Shown here: piece after piece, positions 26,752 to 36,479 of the stretch
Layout: each line of letters begins with the position of its first letter
Position numbering within the stretch: position 1 is the stretch's first letter
Program-made: the position numbers and the translations under genes
Notes under the pieces: generated by a model
The model's database searches: none
Seen by the model: only the letters and a program-made list of their open reading frames with translations
Told to the model about the DNA's origin: nothing
Sequence record: ON113172.1
Length of the DNA stretch: 57,457 nucleotides
Strand: one strand, 5' to 3'
Source of the DNA: Enterococcus phage vB_OCPT_SDS2

Positions 26752-27315
26752 TTAAGCCCACTCACCTTTCTTAGCTTCGGCAATACGTTGCTTCTTGCCT
26801 TCATACATACGTTTCTTAAATTGTCGCATATCATAAACACCAATTCCTAAAAGCTGTTGAATAACTTGTTCTGATAACTCGTAGTCTTTTAGAAGGTTGA
26901 TGGAATTGTCTAATCCAATTTTTTCAACAAGCCTCTCAATATGATTATTAATATCTTTCATAGAAACTTTCAGAAGCTTTGGCATGTCTGATTTCGCTAC
27001 ATCATTCGCAGCTAGCTTACCAAAGTGCCCTAAAGAAAGTTCCTCGAAAGGCTTAGCTAAAGTCTTGCCTAAAGAGTAAGCAGGGATTCGTTCAGCGTGT
27101 TCTCTAATCTGTTTACAAAGCTTGCACCGAGGATTCTTACAGGTGTCGTATGGATTGCTTGTACGCTCTTTATAAAAGGTTGCTGACTCCACATCGAAAC
27201 CAACTGTCCAAGTATGCTCTTCAATTAGCTCTGAGATAGCCGCTAATGGATTACTCCCTTCTAAATACACTTCTAGCGCTTTCTTACGGCTGATTTTATT
27301 ATTTGTTCTAGGCAT
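26752..27315 (-). CDS. hypothetical protein with a CxxC...CxxC motif (CKNPRCKLCK). Possible zinc-binding regulator.
   Basis: 187 aa. Positioned immediately downstream of the sigma-like gene. Confidence 0.4.
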   Translation of the reverse strand: MPRTNNKISRKKALEVYLEGSNPLAAISELIEEHTWTVGFDVESATFYKERTSNPYDTCKNPRCKLCKQIREHAERIPAYSLGKTLAKPFEELSLGHFGKLAANDVAKSDMPKLLKVSMKDINNHIERLVEKIGLDNSINLLKDYELSEQVIQQLLGIGVYDMRQFKKRMYEGKKQRIAEAKKGEWA

Positions 27316-27412
27316 TTATATATTCCTCCAAGTAGTTTTATTAGTTGTCTTTGTCTATGAATATAATATAGCACAAAAAAGAGGCTTCGTCAAGCCCCTT
27401 TTTGAAAGTATT

Positions 27413-28051
27413 TTAAATTTGTTGCATAATCTTTTTGCGAGCGGAGGTAAGGTGTCTACTCAAGGTGCTTCTTGAAGGCATATCTGGAAGCACTTCAATC
27501 TCACGCATAGTGTAATCGTAGATAAGATTTAGCTCAAGGACTTTCTTCTCCATCTCAGTTAAATCGGCTTTTTCCATTGCCTTTAACAAGTCAGTTCTAA
27601 GAGCTGCTCGCTCCATATCCAATGATGAGGCAATGTTATTTCGTGAATAACCATTTCCTTCCAATACTTCTAGGTTGATTGGAGATTCTTTATATAAGTC
27701 CTCAGTACGGATTCGCTTCTCCTTTTTATCAGAAGCAAAGCTATACTCCATTTTGGAACAGCGAGCGAACTTGTTAGTGCCTTCCAAATCGCCTCTAGTA
27801 TCGTCTTGCATATAATATGTTGAGAGGATGTTTGCTAGGCTATCTGGTAATGCTACGTCTCCAAAGCGTTCGTAATACATCTCTAAAACCTCTTCACAAA
27901 AAAGCTCTCTAACCTCAAGTGGTACTTTAACTTTCATAACAACTCTATTAATCAATCTTATTAAAACCATACGGAACTCATTTGCTGTTTCCGCTTCTAC
28001 TAACTTTTCGTAGTATGATTTCTCAGAGATTAATAGATTAGCCATTAGCAA
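27413..28051 (-). CDS. sigma-70 family (region 4 / ECF-like) transcription factor, a candidate late-gene sigma
   Basis: C-terminal HTH LTEMEKKVLELNLIYDYTMREIEV...STLSRHLTSARKKI resembles sigma region 4. Confidence 0.5.
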   Translation of the reverse strand: MLMANLLISEKSYYEKLVEAETANEFRMVLIRLINRVVMKVKVPLEVRELFCEEVLEMYYERFGDVALPDSLANILSTYYMQDDTRGDLEGTNKFARCSKMEYSFASDKKEKRIRTEDLYKESPINLEVLEGNGYSRNNIASSLDMERAALRTDLLKAMEKADLTEMEKKVLELNLIYDYTMREIEVLPDMPSRSTLSRHLTSARKKIMQQI

Positions 28052-28607
28052 CCTCCTGAGCCATATTAATAATTATTTCAGCGTATTTGTCCATTTGCAT
28101 TAAGTCGCTCTCCCCATTATTTAGGAAGGTCAAGTGAGGCTCAATCATCCCTACCTCAATGTCTCCCTTATTGTTTAAATCAAGTGTTTCACCTAAAGCT
28201 TCAGCACGGCCTAATCTAATAAGAGGGTCGGCATCCACCTTAACCAAGATAAATCCATAATCGTTTATAAGTGTTTTGGCCTCGTTCTCGAAACGAACGT
28301 CCGTAACTAGTGTGGAGAAGCCTTCGTCCCAGTCTTTGGCAGCCTGTATTAAAAGGTTATTAATCCAAACGTTTTCGTCAACCTCTCTCATAGCATTTCC
28401 GATGGTAACATAGGCATCTCTTGGCTTCTCTTTGTCCTCCATATAGAAGAAGTATCTTTTATATAGCTGTTTCAAAGGGTCTGCAAAGGCTATCGGCATA
28501 GCTTCTGCAAAACCCATTTCAACTAACTTTTTCTGGATAGCTTGAGCAAAGGTATCTTTACCTGCTCTGGAGGTTCCTGTTATGGCAATTCTCAACTGCT
28601 GTTTCAT
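28038..28607 (-). CDS. P-loop deoxynucleoside monophosphate kinase
   Basis: Walker A ITGTSRAGKDT at the N-terminus. Size is typical of phage dNMP kinases. Confidence 0.5.
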   Translation of the reverse strand: MKQQLRIAITGTSRAGKDTFAQAIQKKLVEMGFAEAMPIAFADPLKQLYKRYFFYMEDKEKPRDAYVTIGNAMREVDENVWINNLLIQAAKDWDEGFSTLVTDVRFENEAKTLINDYGFILVKVDADPLIRLGRAEALGETLDLNNKGDIEVGMIEPHLTFLNNGESDLMQMDKYAEIIINMAQEVANG

Positions 28608-29173
28608 TCGGTAGCCTCCTCAAGATATTTAGAAGCCTCCGCCTCTACAATCATAGCTTCTTCTTTAGCTTTCTCAACTTCACCTAATGGAACCAATACA
28701 AACTCTTTTCCAATGTGAGTTAGACAGATTGCTACAGCGTCGCTAATGTCGTCAATTACAAGGTCAATTGGCTCGTTCCAATTAATGTATTCTGTAGTGC
28801 CCATAAGGACTGCTTCTTTCGTAGCTCTTCCATGGCCTCCCACAACCTTCTTGACAGTCGTAGGAGAGTATTCGTAAATCTTTGGGAAGCCTTCGTTAGA
28901 GGCTATCATCTCAAGCACTCCAGCAAACTTCAGCAAGATGTGTTGAGTGGCCATCCGAGCAATTGTCTGCTCCTTAACAACATAGTCTGGGCGGAACGTT
29001 TCAAGAAGGATTTGAACAGCTTCTGCAAAGTCTTTTAAGCGTCGCCCTACGTTGTGTTTAGGGTTTGTGCTAATGATGTCTGTATGGACTAAGGTAAGGT
29101 ATCCAGAAGGCTCACGGTCAATCACCGCAACGCCTGTGGAAACACTACTTACATCGAAACTAATAAAGCGCAC
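28604..29173 (-). CDS. RuvC-like Holliday junction resolvase
   Basis: Catalytic residues are in canonical positions: D7 in FDVSS, E in VVKEQ, and D..D in VIDDISDAVAI. Confidence 0.7.
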   Translation of the reverse strand: MRFISFDVSSVSTGVAVIDREPSGYLTLVHTDIISTNPKHNVGRRLKDFAEAVQILLETFRPDYVVKEQTIARMATQHILLKFAGVLEMIASNEGFPKIYEYSPTTVKKVVGGHGRATKEAVLMGTTEYINWNEPIDLVIDDISDAVAICLTHIGKEFVLVPLGEVEKAKEEAMIVEAEASKYLEEATE

Positions 29174-29174
29174 A

Positions 29175-29513
29175 TTAATCTCCTCCTTCAGTCTCTGTGA
29201 AAACGTCTACCCAATCAATAAAGGTACTCCAAGAGAAGTCCATATCCGCTCTGTCAAGCTTTTTAGAGGCGTATGTCACAACATCCTGTAAGTCAAGTGC
29301 TACCCGATAGCCTGACACGTAGTCTTCTAGGATTACGTTGGAATCCTCTGCTAAACGCTCTTGGTAAATTCCATCCAAAGCTACTAAAGATGGTTCGTCC
29401 AAACGCATTACTATAGGTTTCTGACATTTGTTACAATAGAAGTTAATTACAACTCCATATATCTCAGGCTTTAAGTCAAACTCTGGAATGTCACTATAAA
29501 TGCTTTCCTTCAT
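29175..29513 (-). CDS. hypothetical protein with a CxxC motif
   Basis: 112 aa. Contains CNKC. Confidence 0.4.
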   Translation of the reverse strand: MKESIYSDIPEFDLKPEIYGVVINFYCNKCQKPIVMRLDEPSLVALDGIYQERLAEDSNVILEDYVSGYRVALDLQDVVTYASKKLDRADMDFSWSTFIDWVDVFTETEGGD

Positions 29514-30541
29514 TACTTAACATCTCCTCTAATCTTCTTGATTTCTTCCAATGCCTTCTGGTCAAACTTGCTAACAGCTTTCTTCTCAAGCTCCTCTAAC
29601 TCCTTAAATGTAAGGCTGTGAGCTAAGGCGCATTTATAATCACTGAATGTGAATCCGCTTAGGTCAAGTGGTGGAAGTGTTCCTGCATGAGCGTGTTCAA
29701 TAGCTGTGAAGAAACGATTACGAACGTCCTTCTTATCTTGCTCGGAAATGTTTACTCCGAACACTTGTAAGTCAGGGTTCTTAGTATAGTCTTCCTCAGT
29801 CATTTCCCAAGACTTATGAGCGCAGTTTACATAGACAATTAAATACATGTCTAAGTCTTTTAACATGGCGTAGTTCTTAACTTGCCAAACGTGTTTTGAG
29901 TTCGGTTGTCGCATAGAGAATGCACTAGTAGCTGCTGGAGTAGTCTGTTTAGACTTAACCTCAAGGCCTACTCGAAACTCTTCCCCAGTGGCTGGGTCAG
30001 TCCAAATCATAATGCCATCCATAGAGCCTCCTGTAATGAACTCCATACGGCCTGACTTATACTTCTTGAAGGTTGTAGAGAACTCCTCGAAGTGTGGGAA
30101 GCCTTCTTCAGTACGTTCAAAACGGAAGTGGCACTCCTCTCCAGTAAAGCGTCGGTAGTTCTTCTCCATCATCAAGACTTGCTCCTGAATCATGTCACCA
30201 ACCTTTGTGCCAATCTGTACCCAACGGCTTTGGTGAGCCTGCATTTTAGGAGGGTCTTTTCTATCGCTTCCCTCAATCTTATCAATAGCGAATAGAGTCT
30301 GCTCTCTTAAACATTTACCAGTTCCACTTGAACGGAATACTGGAACGTTTTCTGGAAAGTCCTCGAAAGGATTTCGGTCAACTATTTTAAGATAGTCTCT
30401 CATAAGCTGGTGGTGTACGTCGCTATCGTATGTATAGCCTGTTTCTCCCCACTTATTTAATTGTCGTTTAAAGTCCTCTGCGATAGTATCTACCAGAGTC
30501 TTTCCTGCTGCTTTATTAATTGCTGTTAGCCCTTTAGCCAT
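29513..30541 (-). CDS. putative PD-(D/E)XK family nuclease (recombination exonuclease)
   Basis: DGIMI...GLEVKSK matches a D-(x)n-ExK arrangement. The gene sits in the replication/recombination block next to RuvC. Confidence 0.4.
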   Translation of the reverse strand: MAKGLTAINKAAGKTLVDTIAEDFKRQLNKWGETGYTYDSDVHHQLMRDYLKIVDRNPFEDFPENVPVFRSSGTGKCLREQTLFAIDKIEGSDRKDPPKMQAHQSRWVQIGTKVGDMIQEQVLMMEKNYRRFTGEECHFRFERTEEGFPHFEEFSTTFKKYKSGRMEFITGGSMDGIMIWTDPATGEEFRVGLEVKSKQTTPAATSAFSMRQPNSKHVWQVKNYAMLKDLDMYLIVYVNCAHKSWEMTEEDYTKNPDLQVFGVNISEQDKKDVRNRFFTAIEHAHAGTLPPLDLSGFTFSDYKCALAHSLTFKELEELEKKAVSKFDQKALEEIKKIRGDVK

Positions 30542-30978
30542 TCTACATATTCCTCCATGAAATTATATTTTGCTTCAGGTGATGGAATTAGTTTTTCCAG
30601 AAGCATGTCCATTTTCTCTATCATTGAGAGGTGTTTAGATTCCTCTTCACGCAACTTTATTGAGTGGATAACATTGTCTCTTTGGGTAATCCATTCAAGA
30701 TTAGATGCTCGATTATCCTTCTTATTGCCGTTGATATGGTTGACCACATTACAGCCAGCAGGCCTTTCACAAAAGGTTTCTGCTACAATTCGATGGATTC
30801 TTGCATTATAATATTTGCCTTCAAGAGGGATTCTAACATGTAAGTAGCCAGAGTCTTGGGGCTTTAATAACCTATCAGTCAACTTGTTTTTTACTAAACC
30901 TTCAGAACTAACCTCGTAAATATCTGAGTGGATTCCCTTAAACACTAAAGGCTTCCAAAGTTCCTTAGTTGCTGTCAT
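30526..30978 (-). CDS. free-standing HNH homing endonuclease
   Basis: NUMOD4-like WKPLVFKGIHSDIYEVSSEGLV. HNH core HRIV..NHINGNKKDNRASNLEW. Confidence 0.7.
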   Translation of the reverse strand: MTATKELWKPLVFKGIHSDIYEVSSEGLVKNKLTDRLLKPQDSGYLHVRIPLEGKYYNARIHRIVAETFCERPAGCNVVNHINGNKKDNRASNLEWITQRDNVIHSIKLREEESKHLSMIEKMDMLLEKLIPSPEAKYNFMEEYVEWLKG

Positions 30979-31050
30979 TGTTTAGCTCCTTCCTACCAAA
31001 TTAGTATAACACAAAAAAGGGCTTTTGTCAAGCCCTTCTGAACATCTTTG

Positions 31051-31275
31051 TTATTTATTGCGCTCTTTCTCCAAGTCAATTAACTCTTTCTGAGCATCAT
31101 CTAACATCTTCTGGTGGATTAGTAATTCCATCTTCAAAGCGTCAGTGTAGCCTAGAGAATATTCTCCTGTAGGCTTTCCGATACGCTCAATGCTTTCTCG
31201 GATAAGCTTAACAGAAGTCTTCTCATAACGAATCTTTTCTTTAAGGTTGTTCATTTGTGATAAATAAAAGCTCAT
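31051..31275 (-). CDS. hypothetical coiled-coil protein
   Basis: 74 aa. Confidence 0.4.
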   Translation of the reverse strand: MSFYLSQMNNLKEKIRYEKTSVKLIRESIERIGKPTGEYSLGYTDALKMELLIHQKMLDDAQKELIDLEKERNK

Positions 31276-31287
31276 TTAAATTCCTCC

Positions 31288-32667
31288 TTAAAATTCAATG
31301 CCTTCAAAAACATCGGTGACAGCTTCGTCAGAGCTTTCTTCAACGTATCCGATAACTGGTAAGAAGATACCTTCTACCTGCTTACCTTCGTTGCCTGAGC
31401 GGCCTTTAACAACCTCTACAGCGAAGCGGCTATCACAGCTATCGAAAGCTAATACATAAGCGGCATCTTCAAGTAGTGACATAGTCTTTTTAACATTAGA
31501 CCGTTTTGGAATGTTTAGCTCACGCTCGTCTCCACCTTTTTCGTTGGAGTCTTCCTCAGCTTGTGTGATAGCATGGATAACCGTTTTAGTACGTCCTGCT
31601 AAAAGGCGTAATGCCTTAGATGTTTGAGAAGCATCTCCACCTGCTGTCTTAGAAGTGTTCTTCTCATAATGCAAGTAATAGAAAGGGTCGATTACAACTA
31701 CGTCGGCACCGTTTTCTACAATGTCTCGTTCAAGCTGTTTCAATGAGCGATTCATAAAGTCTTCATCATCCACTGCTCGGATTGTGATAGAGCCTTCCAA
31801 CTTGTCGTTTAAGCTGTTGATGAAATCCACAAAGTCTTGTTCTTCTTCGGCTGTATCGAAAGTTGCTTGAGTAAGGTTGGCAATGTTGAATCCTGCCAAG
31901 TAGTCAGAACCGTTGATACGGCTTTTCTTAACTTCGTCACGAGCTGAGATAAAGGAGATAGCACGTGAAGCGAACTCGTACTTAGGCATTTCAAGAACCC
32001 ACATTAAAACGTTGGCGCCTTGCACGGCTGCTTCGATAGCTTCCACTAAAGTGATTGTGGATTTACCACGGCCTGAGCGGCCATACCATGTGTATACGTT
32101 ACCTGATTGATAGCCTCCGCCAATAAGCTCTGTTAAGCTTTCAAAATGGCTATCCCAGAACTTAACTGAAAGGCCTTCTTTACGCTTGTAGAACTCTTCA
32201 AGATACCATTCTGAAGCTTTCTCTAAACGTCTTCCTGAAGCTCCTCCTACGTTGTGCTCTGCCTTAATCTGTTCTAAAGCTGCAATAGTCTGGTTAATAA
32301 ACTCCGTTGGGTCGTCACTCTTAACTGAGTTTTCCCAGAACTCTCCTAAGTCCTTGTTAATGAAAGCTGCTGTATCCACTTGTAAACGAGAGTTCTTCAA
32401 GCTTTTTGTAAGGCTTGTGAAAGACTCTTCTGTGGAACTTTGATAATCTAATTCTGGAACCTTTTGTAAAAGAGTTTGATAAGAAGGTGCATTACCTTCG
32501 TTTTCTCTACTAAATTTAATAATGAAGTTGTAAGCGTCTTTGTGGATAGGAGATTGGAATAGGTCTTCGCTAACTCCGTGACGGTTCAACGCCTGTACAT
32601 CATTTTCATTTATAACTTTTGATAATAACATCTCCGCTGTGATAGAAGCCGTGATGTCCACCTCCAA
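31288..32667 (-). CDS. DnaB-like replicative helicase. The start is uncertain: the track ORF begins at a TTG.
   Basis: Helical DnaB-type N-domain. RecA-like core with Walker A GRSGRGKST and Walker B VVVIDPF. Confidence 0.65.
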   Translation of the reverse strand: MEVDITASITAEMLLSKVINENDVQALNRHGVSEDLFQSPIHKDAYNFIIKFSRENEGNAPSYQTLLQKVPELDYQSSTEESFTSLTKSLKNSRLQVDTAAFINKDLGEFWENSVKSDDPTEFINQTIAALEQIKAEHNVGGASGRRLEKASEWYLEEFYKRKEGLSVKFWDSHFESLTELIGGGYQSGNVYTWYGRSGRGKSTITLVEAIEAAVQGANVLMWVLEMPKYEFASRAISFISARDEVKKSRINGSDYLAGFNIANLTQATFDTAEEEQDFVDFINSLNDKLEGSITIRAVDDEDFMNRSLKQLERDIVENGADVVVIDPFYYLHYEKNTSKTAGGDASQTSKALRLLAGRTKTVIHAITQAEEDSNEKGGDERELNIPKRSNVKKTMSLLEDAAYVLAFDSCDSRFAVEVVKGRSGNEGKQVEGIFLPVIGYVEESSDEAVTDVFEGIEF

Positions 32668-32672
32668 TGTGA

Positions 32673-33206
32673 TTACATACTAATTTCTACTTTGTACTTG
32701 TGGTTCTCTTTAATACCTTTGTATTTAAACACGTTTCTAAAGTAATTACTACTTTGTCCTTCGGCTAGTGAAGCTTCTGTCATTCCATTATAATAATTAA
32801 CTTCACCAGTGCTTTTACGAGTTACTTTAATATTATGTCCATTCGATTCAGCTATCCGTTTATTCCTAGTTCCATGATTGCAGTTTGATTTGAAATCTAC
32901 CCACTCAAGATTGTCAACCGCATTGTTAGTTGTATCCTCGTCTATATGATTTACAACTGGCAGGTTTTTAGGGTTTTCAATAAATGCTTTAGCTACTAAC
33001 CTATGAGCAGCTTTTCGGGATGTTTTTCCAAACATACTTAAATCATACGCTATATATCCCTTCCTGTCAAGCTTTTTTAGAACTCTTCCATTAATAGTCC
33101 TAGTTCCATTTACATTTTTTACTTTTCTAGTTACTGACCTGACGTTTCCTAGATTACTAACCTCATAGAACCTTTCGTATCCAACTACTGGTTTCCATAG
33201 TTCCAT
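32673..33206 (-). CDS. free-standing HNH homing endonuclease inserted between the helicase and loader genes
   Basis: NUMOD4-like WKPVVGYERFYEVSNLGNV. HNH core HRLV..NHIDEDTTNN..NLEW. Confidence 0.7.
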   Translation of the reverse strand: MELWKPVVGYERFYEVSNLGNVRSVTRKVKNVNGTRTINGRVLKKLDRKGYIAYDLSMFGKTSRKAAHRLVAKAFIENPKNLPVVNHIDEDTTNNAVDNLEWVDFKSNCNHGTRNKRIAESNGHNIKVTRKSTGEVNYYNGMTEASLAEGQSSNYFRNVFKYKGIKENHKYKVEISM

Positions 33207-33217
33207 TCAAATTCCTC

Positions 33218-33994
33218 CTAAAGTCCTCTGTGTGATTCACCTTTGAAATTGTAAACCATCGTACGCTCTCTAACACGGTCGGCTAATCGTTCATCAAACA
33301 CCTGTTCAAGATACTCTATTGGATGGTTGCTTGTAAAGATTGATGGAAGCTTATTGACCATTCGTTTATTAATAATGTCGTGAAGGTCTGCTCGGAAAGC
33401 TTCTGTAGCGCTCCGATTACCAATCTCGTCAAATACTACTAGTGGAGCTGTTTCCGCTAACTCCATCATTTCGTAATACTCTCGTGAAGTCTTTTCTGCA
33501 ATGTCTTTTGCGATTCCGTTTCTAGTAAACTTGTTATAAAGTGTTTGGAAACTATTCACATCTAAGAAGTACGCAGGAGGCTGTTTCATATTTGTTTTAA
33601 GGATTACCGAAGCTTGCCAAGACATGAACATATATTCGTTCAGTAAAGCAGCAGCTGTGGAAGTCTTTCCATTACCTTTATTTTCACTCCATAGATAGAT
33701 ATTTTTTATAGGTCGTTCATCTTGGTTAATGTTGCCGTCCTTCTGGAAGTCTCTCTTGAAGCTTTCCACATAAACTTCTAACTGTTTATAAACATCCTTC
33801 TGAGCATCTCTCGCAGGAGAGTTGAATAAGAAGTTGTCTGAATAGTCGTAAGGAACCTTGGCAGCTCCAAATTTACCGCCTGTTCCTGAGCCTCCGCATA
33901 ATTGGATATGTATATGGGAGAGTGTTGGATTAAGCTCTTTTTCTGTCTTTCCTGTAACTTTTTTAAGCTTTTCCAAAAGGGTCTGTTTTCTCAT
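33218..33994 (-). CDS. DnaC/IstB-like AAA+ helicase loader
   Basis: Walker A GNGKTSTAAAL and Walker B LVVFDEIG. Confidence 0.6.
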   Translation of the reverse strand: MRKQTLLEKLKKVTGKTEKELNPTLSHIHIQLCGGSGTGGKFGAAKVPYDYSDNFLFNSPARDAQKDVYKQLEVYVESFKRDFQKDGNINQDERPIKNIYLWSENKGNGKTSTAAALLNEYMFMSWQASVILKTNMKQPPAYFLDVNSFQTLYNKFTRNGIAKDIAEKTSREYYEMMELAETAPLVVFDEIGNRSATEAFRADLHDIINKRMVNKLPSIFTSNHPIEYLEQVFDERLADRVRERTMVYNFKGESHRGL

Positions 33995-34143
33995 TGGGAA
34001 TCCTCCTAAAAATTTCTACCTCACTATTGTAACACACTTGTAACTATTTGTCAAGGCCTTCATTGCCTTTATTTATTTGTTTGCTACTACTCTTATAAAA
34101 TAGCATAAAAAAGAGGCCTTGTCAAGCCCCTTTCAAAAGTTTA

Positions 34144-35088
34144 TTACTGAATATACCAAAGCTTTCTCCTAAGCAATTTAGGTTCACTTATTTTCTTTAA
34201 TGGAGGTGCCTTGTGGAACTCTTGCCAACACTGGTTTAAATCATATCCAGAAGGCATGTCATAACGGAATAGCTTATGGGTTTTCCAGAAAGCATCGTCG
34301 ATTGATTTAGCAGCAAGGTTTCCCTTTTCGTCGTTGTCAGTGCCTATAATAATATTCTTTATGTCGACTTTTTTGATAAGGTCTACTTGACGCTCAATTA
34401 AGTTAGCTGCTCCCAGAGATATTCCCACAAAGCCCATCTCATAAGCCGTCATGGCATCTATCTCCGCCTCACATATTACAAGCGTGTTTGGAAGCTTTTC
34501 GTAAATCACATGATACCCAAATAACATATTCTTCAAGTGGTTGTTACCTGCTTCGTAAAAGAAGTCTTTGTTATCCGTTCGGCGGTATTTTAAAGCCGTT
34601 GCTAATCCCATTCCATTAATGTACGGAAGACATACTTTACTCTCGTCCTCAGAGGTTCTGTAAAGCTTCTGTGTATCCTCGGATATTCCCCGACCTAGAA
34701 GGTACTTAGAAGTGTTGTGAGGAGGAATATCAAAGATTGACTTCTCCTTCTTAACACTTAGCTTAACAGATATTGCAGGAGCTTCGTAAGGCTTAATCCA
34801 AAACTCTTCCTTAAGCATTTCTAAAGCTGTTTCATAATCTGTTTCGTGAAGCTCTGCTACAAGCTGTATGAAGTTACCTGAATCGCCTGTACCAGAGTCT
34901 CCCCAAGTGCCTGCCCAGTCGTTATTATAGTTTACGAAGAACGATGGATGATTGTCGTCACGAAACGGTGAAGCAGCTATCAGACGGTCTTCAGTCCACT
35001 TTGCACGATTCCACTCGAAGCGCTCTAGGTACTCCTGAATGTCTATATGGATTTGTATGTCTTTTGTTAAGTGTATCGTGTCAAGCAT
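34144..35088 (-). CDS. DNA primase (TOPRIM domain)
   Basis: TOPRIM EAEIDAMT...GTDNDEKG. Located upstream of the loader and helicase. Confidence 0.6.
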   Translation of the reverse strand: MLDTIHLTKDIQIHIDIQEYLERFEWNRAKWTEDRLIAASPFRDDNHPSFFVNYNNDWAGTWGDSGTGDSGNFIQLVAELHETDYETALEMLKEEFWIKPYEAPAISVKLSVKKEKSIFDIPPHNTSKYLLGRGISEDTQKLYRTSEDESKVCLPYINGMGLATALKYRRTDNKDFFYEAGNNHLKNMLFGYHVIYEKLPNTLVICEAEIDAMTAYEMGFVGISLGAANLIERQVDLIKKVDIKNIIIGTDNDEKGNLAAKSIDDAFWKTHKLFRYDMPSGYDLNQCWQEFHKAPPLKKISEPKLLRRKLWYIQ

Positions 35089-35109
35089 TTAAAAACCTCC
35101 AGTTAAAAG

Positions 35110-35337
35110 TTAATTGTTGTGTTCCCAAGGCGGTTTAGGGCCAAAGTCGAAAGGAATACGCTCTGTCCAAACCTCTTTAGTAGGGGCTGAAACAGCTGTT
35201 ACAGTGTATCGGTATTCGTCAATGTCGATAGGCATTCCAATAAACAGTGCATTAGGTCTAGGAATCTTGAAGTTGCCTTCTTCACCTGTTTCTTTGTCTG
35301 TCCAATAAAGTGTCCACTGATTCCACACATTTACCAC
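35110..35337 (-). CDS. hypothetical protein
   Basis: 75 aa, W-rich. Confidence 0.4.
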   Translation of the reverse strand: MVNVWNQWTLYWTDKETGEEGNFKIPRPNALFIGMPIDIDEYRYTVTAVSAPTKEVWTERIPFDFGPKPPWEHNN

Positions 35338-35340
35338 TCC

Positions 35341-35529
35341 TTATCTAATTCTAATTGCGTAGATTATCTTCTCTGCTTTGTCTATAAACTCAATATCAAA
35401 GACTCTGGTGCCGAATGTCATAAGCTTTAATCCATCAGTTTTAGGAGCGTCCGTTAAGAAGCTTCCTCTCTCAAGTGCTGGCTCGCTTTCTACAGCGTTA
35501 TTATAAATAACTGTGTACATGGTTTCCAC
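35341..35529 (-). CDS. hypothetical protein (GTG start overlapping the upstream stop, taGTG)
   Basis: 62 aa. Confidence 0.35.
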   Translation of the reverse strand: METMYTVIYNNAVESEPALERGSFLTDAPKTDGLKLMTFGTRVFDIEFIDKAEKIIYAIRIR

Positions 35530-35703
35530 TAATCTTCCTCCAAATATATTGCACGTAGTTTGTTCATTACGTCGGCAATTTCATTCTGTAATTCAATTAT
35601 ATAACTATCCTCATGTTGGACTTTATTTAACTGATAATTTGCCTGAATAAGGTTAACTAGTGCGTTGTTAATATAGCCTTCTGATTCCTTTGTTAATTTC
35701 ATG
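35529..35703 (-). CDS. 58-aa protein MKLTKESEGYINNALVNLIQANYQLNKVQ...
   Basis: GGAGGA RBS 7 nt upstream. Hand-translated. Below the track cutoff. Confidence 0.45.
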
Positions 35704-35869
35704 CCATAATTCCTCCTTTAGCTTGAAGCCCATACAAAAACAAATAAGCATATTAAAAACCATACACATACGAAAACATCTACCATAAATACAGCTAACC
35801 ACGCTATAATAATGATTGCTACTATTGCTATGAGTATTAGAAAAGGCACATAATACTTAGTTTCTTCTA

Positions 35870-36121
35870 TTAGTCTTCCTCTTTATTAAGCATTTGAACT
35901 GCTGTGAAATGAGATGCTGGTAGCTCTTCTTCATAAGTGTATTGATTAGCTTTAAATGCTACTCTATAATAACTATCCATTCCATAAAAACTCATGTCAA
36001 CATACTCAATACTTTTACAAGGCGTTGCCTCTGTTATGCTTCCTTGGAAAAGCCATTCATCAGTGCAATATACAACCTTTCCTGTATGGATGTTGGTAAG
36101 TGCTACATATGGTTTATCCAT
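35870..36121 (-). CDS. hypothetical protein
   Basis: 83 aa. Confidence 0.45.
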   Translation of the reverse strand: MDKPYVALTNIHTGKVVYCTDEWLFQGSITEATPCKSIEYVDMSFYGMDSYYRVAFKANQYTYEEELPASHFTAVQMLNKEED

Positions 36122-36138
36122 CGCTTTACTCCTCCTAA

Positions 36139-36387
36139 TTAAAAATCAAGACTATCCTCAAGCATCTCTACTAAGCTTTGCATAGCACCTGCTGGAAGTT
36201 GCAATTCAACTGCTTCAATTTCTCCTGACAAATGAACGCTAAGTAAATAATCTATACTGGATTGACTGTTTACTCTGCTTGCAGACTTTTTGACTTTCAT
36301 CTTGTAAATACTCCCATCTCCAGTTGCTACAATTCTTTCTCGTATGTTTGTGCTGATGTTGCTATCATGTGTGATTTGAATACTCAT
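36139..36387 (-). CDS. hypothetical protein
   Basis: 82 aa. Confidence 0.45.
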   Translation of the reverse strand: MSIQITHDSNISTNIRERIVATGDGSIYKMKVKKSASRVNSQSSIDYLLSVHLSGEIEAVELQLPAGAMQSLVEMLEDSLDF

Positions 36388-36479
36388 AATAATCTCTCCT
36401 CTATCTCTTTGATGAATTAATCATACCACGTATTGAAAGTTTTGTCAAGGACTTTTTAACAAAAAAAGAACAGCCGTTA

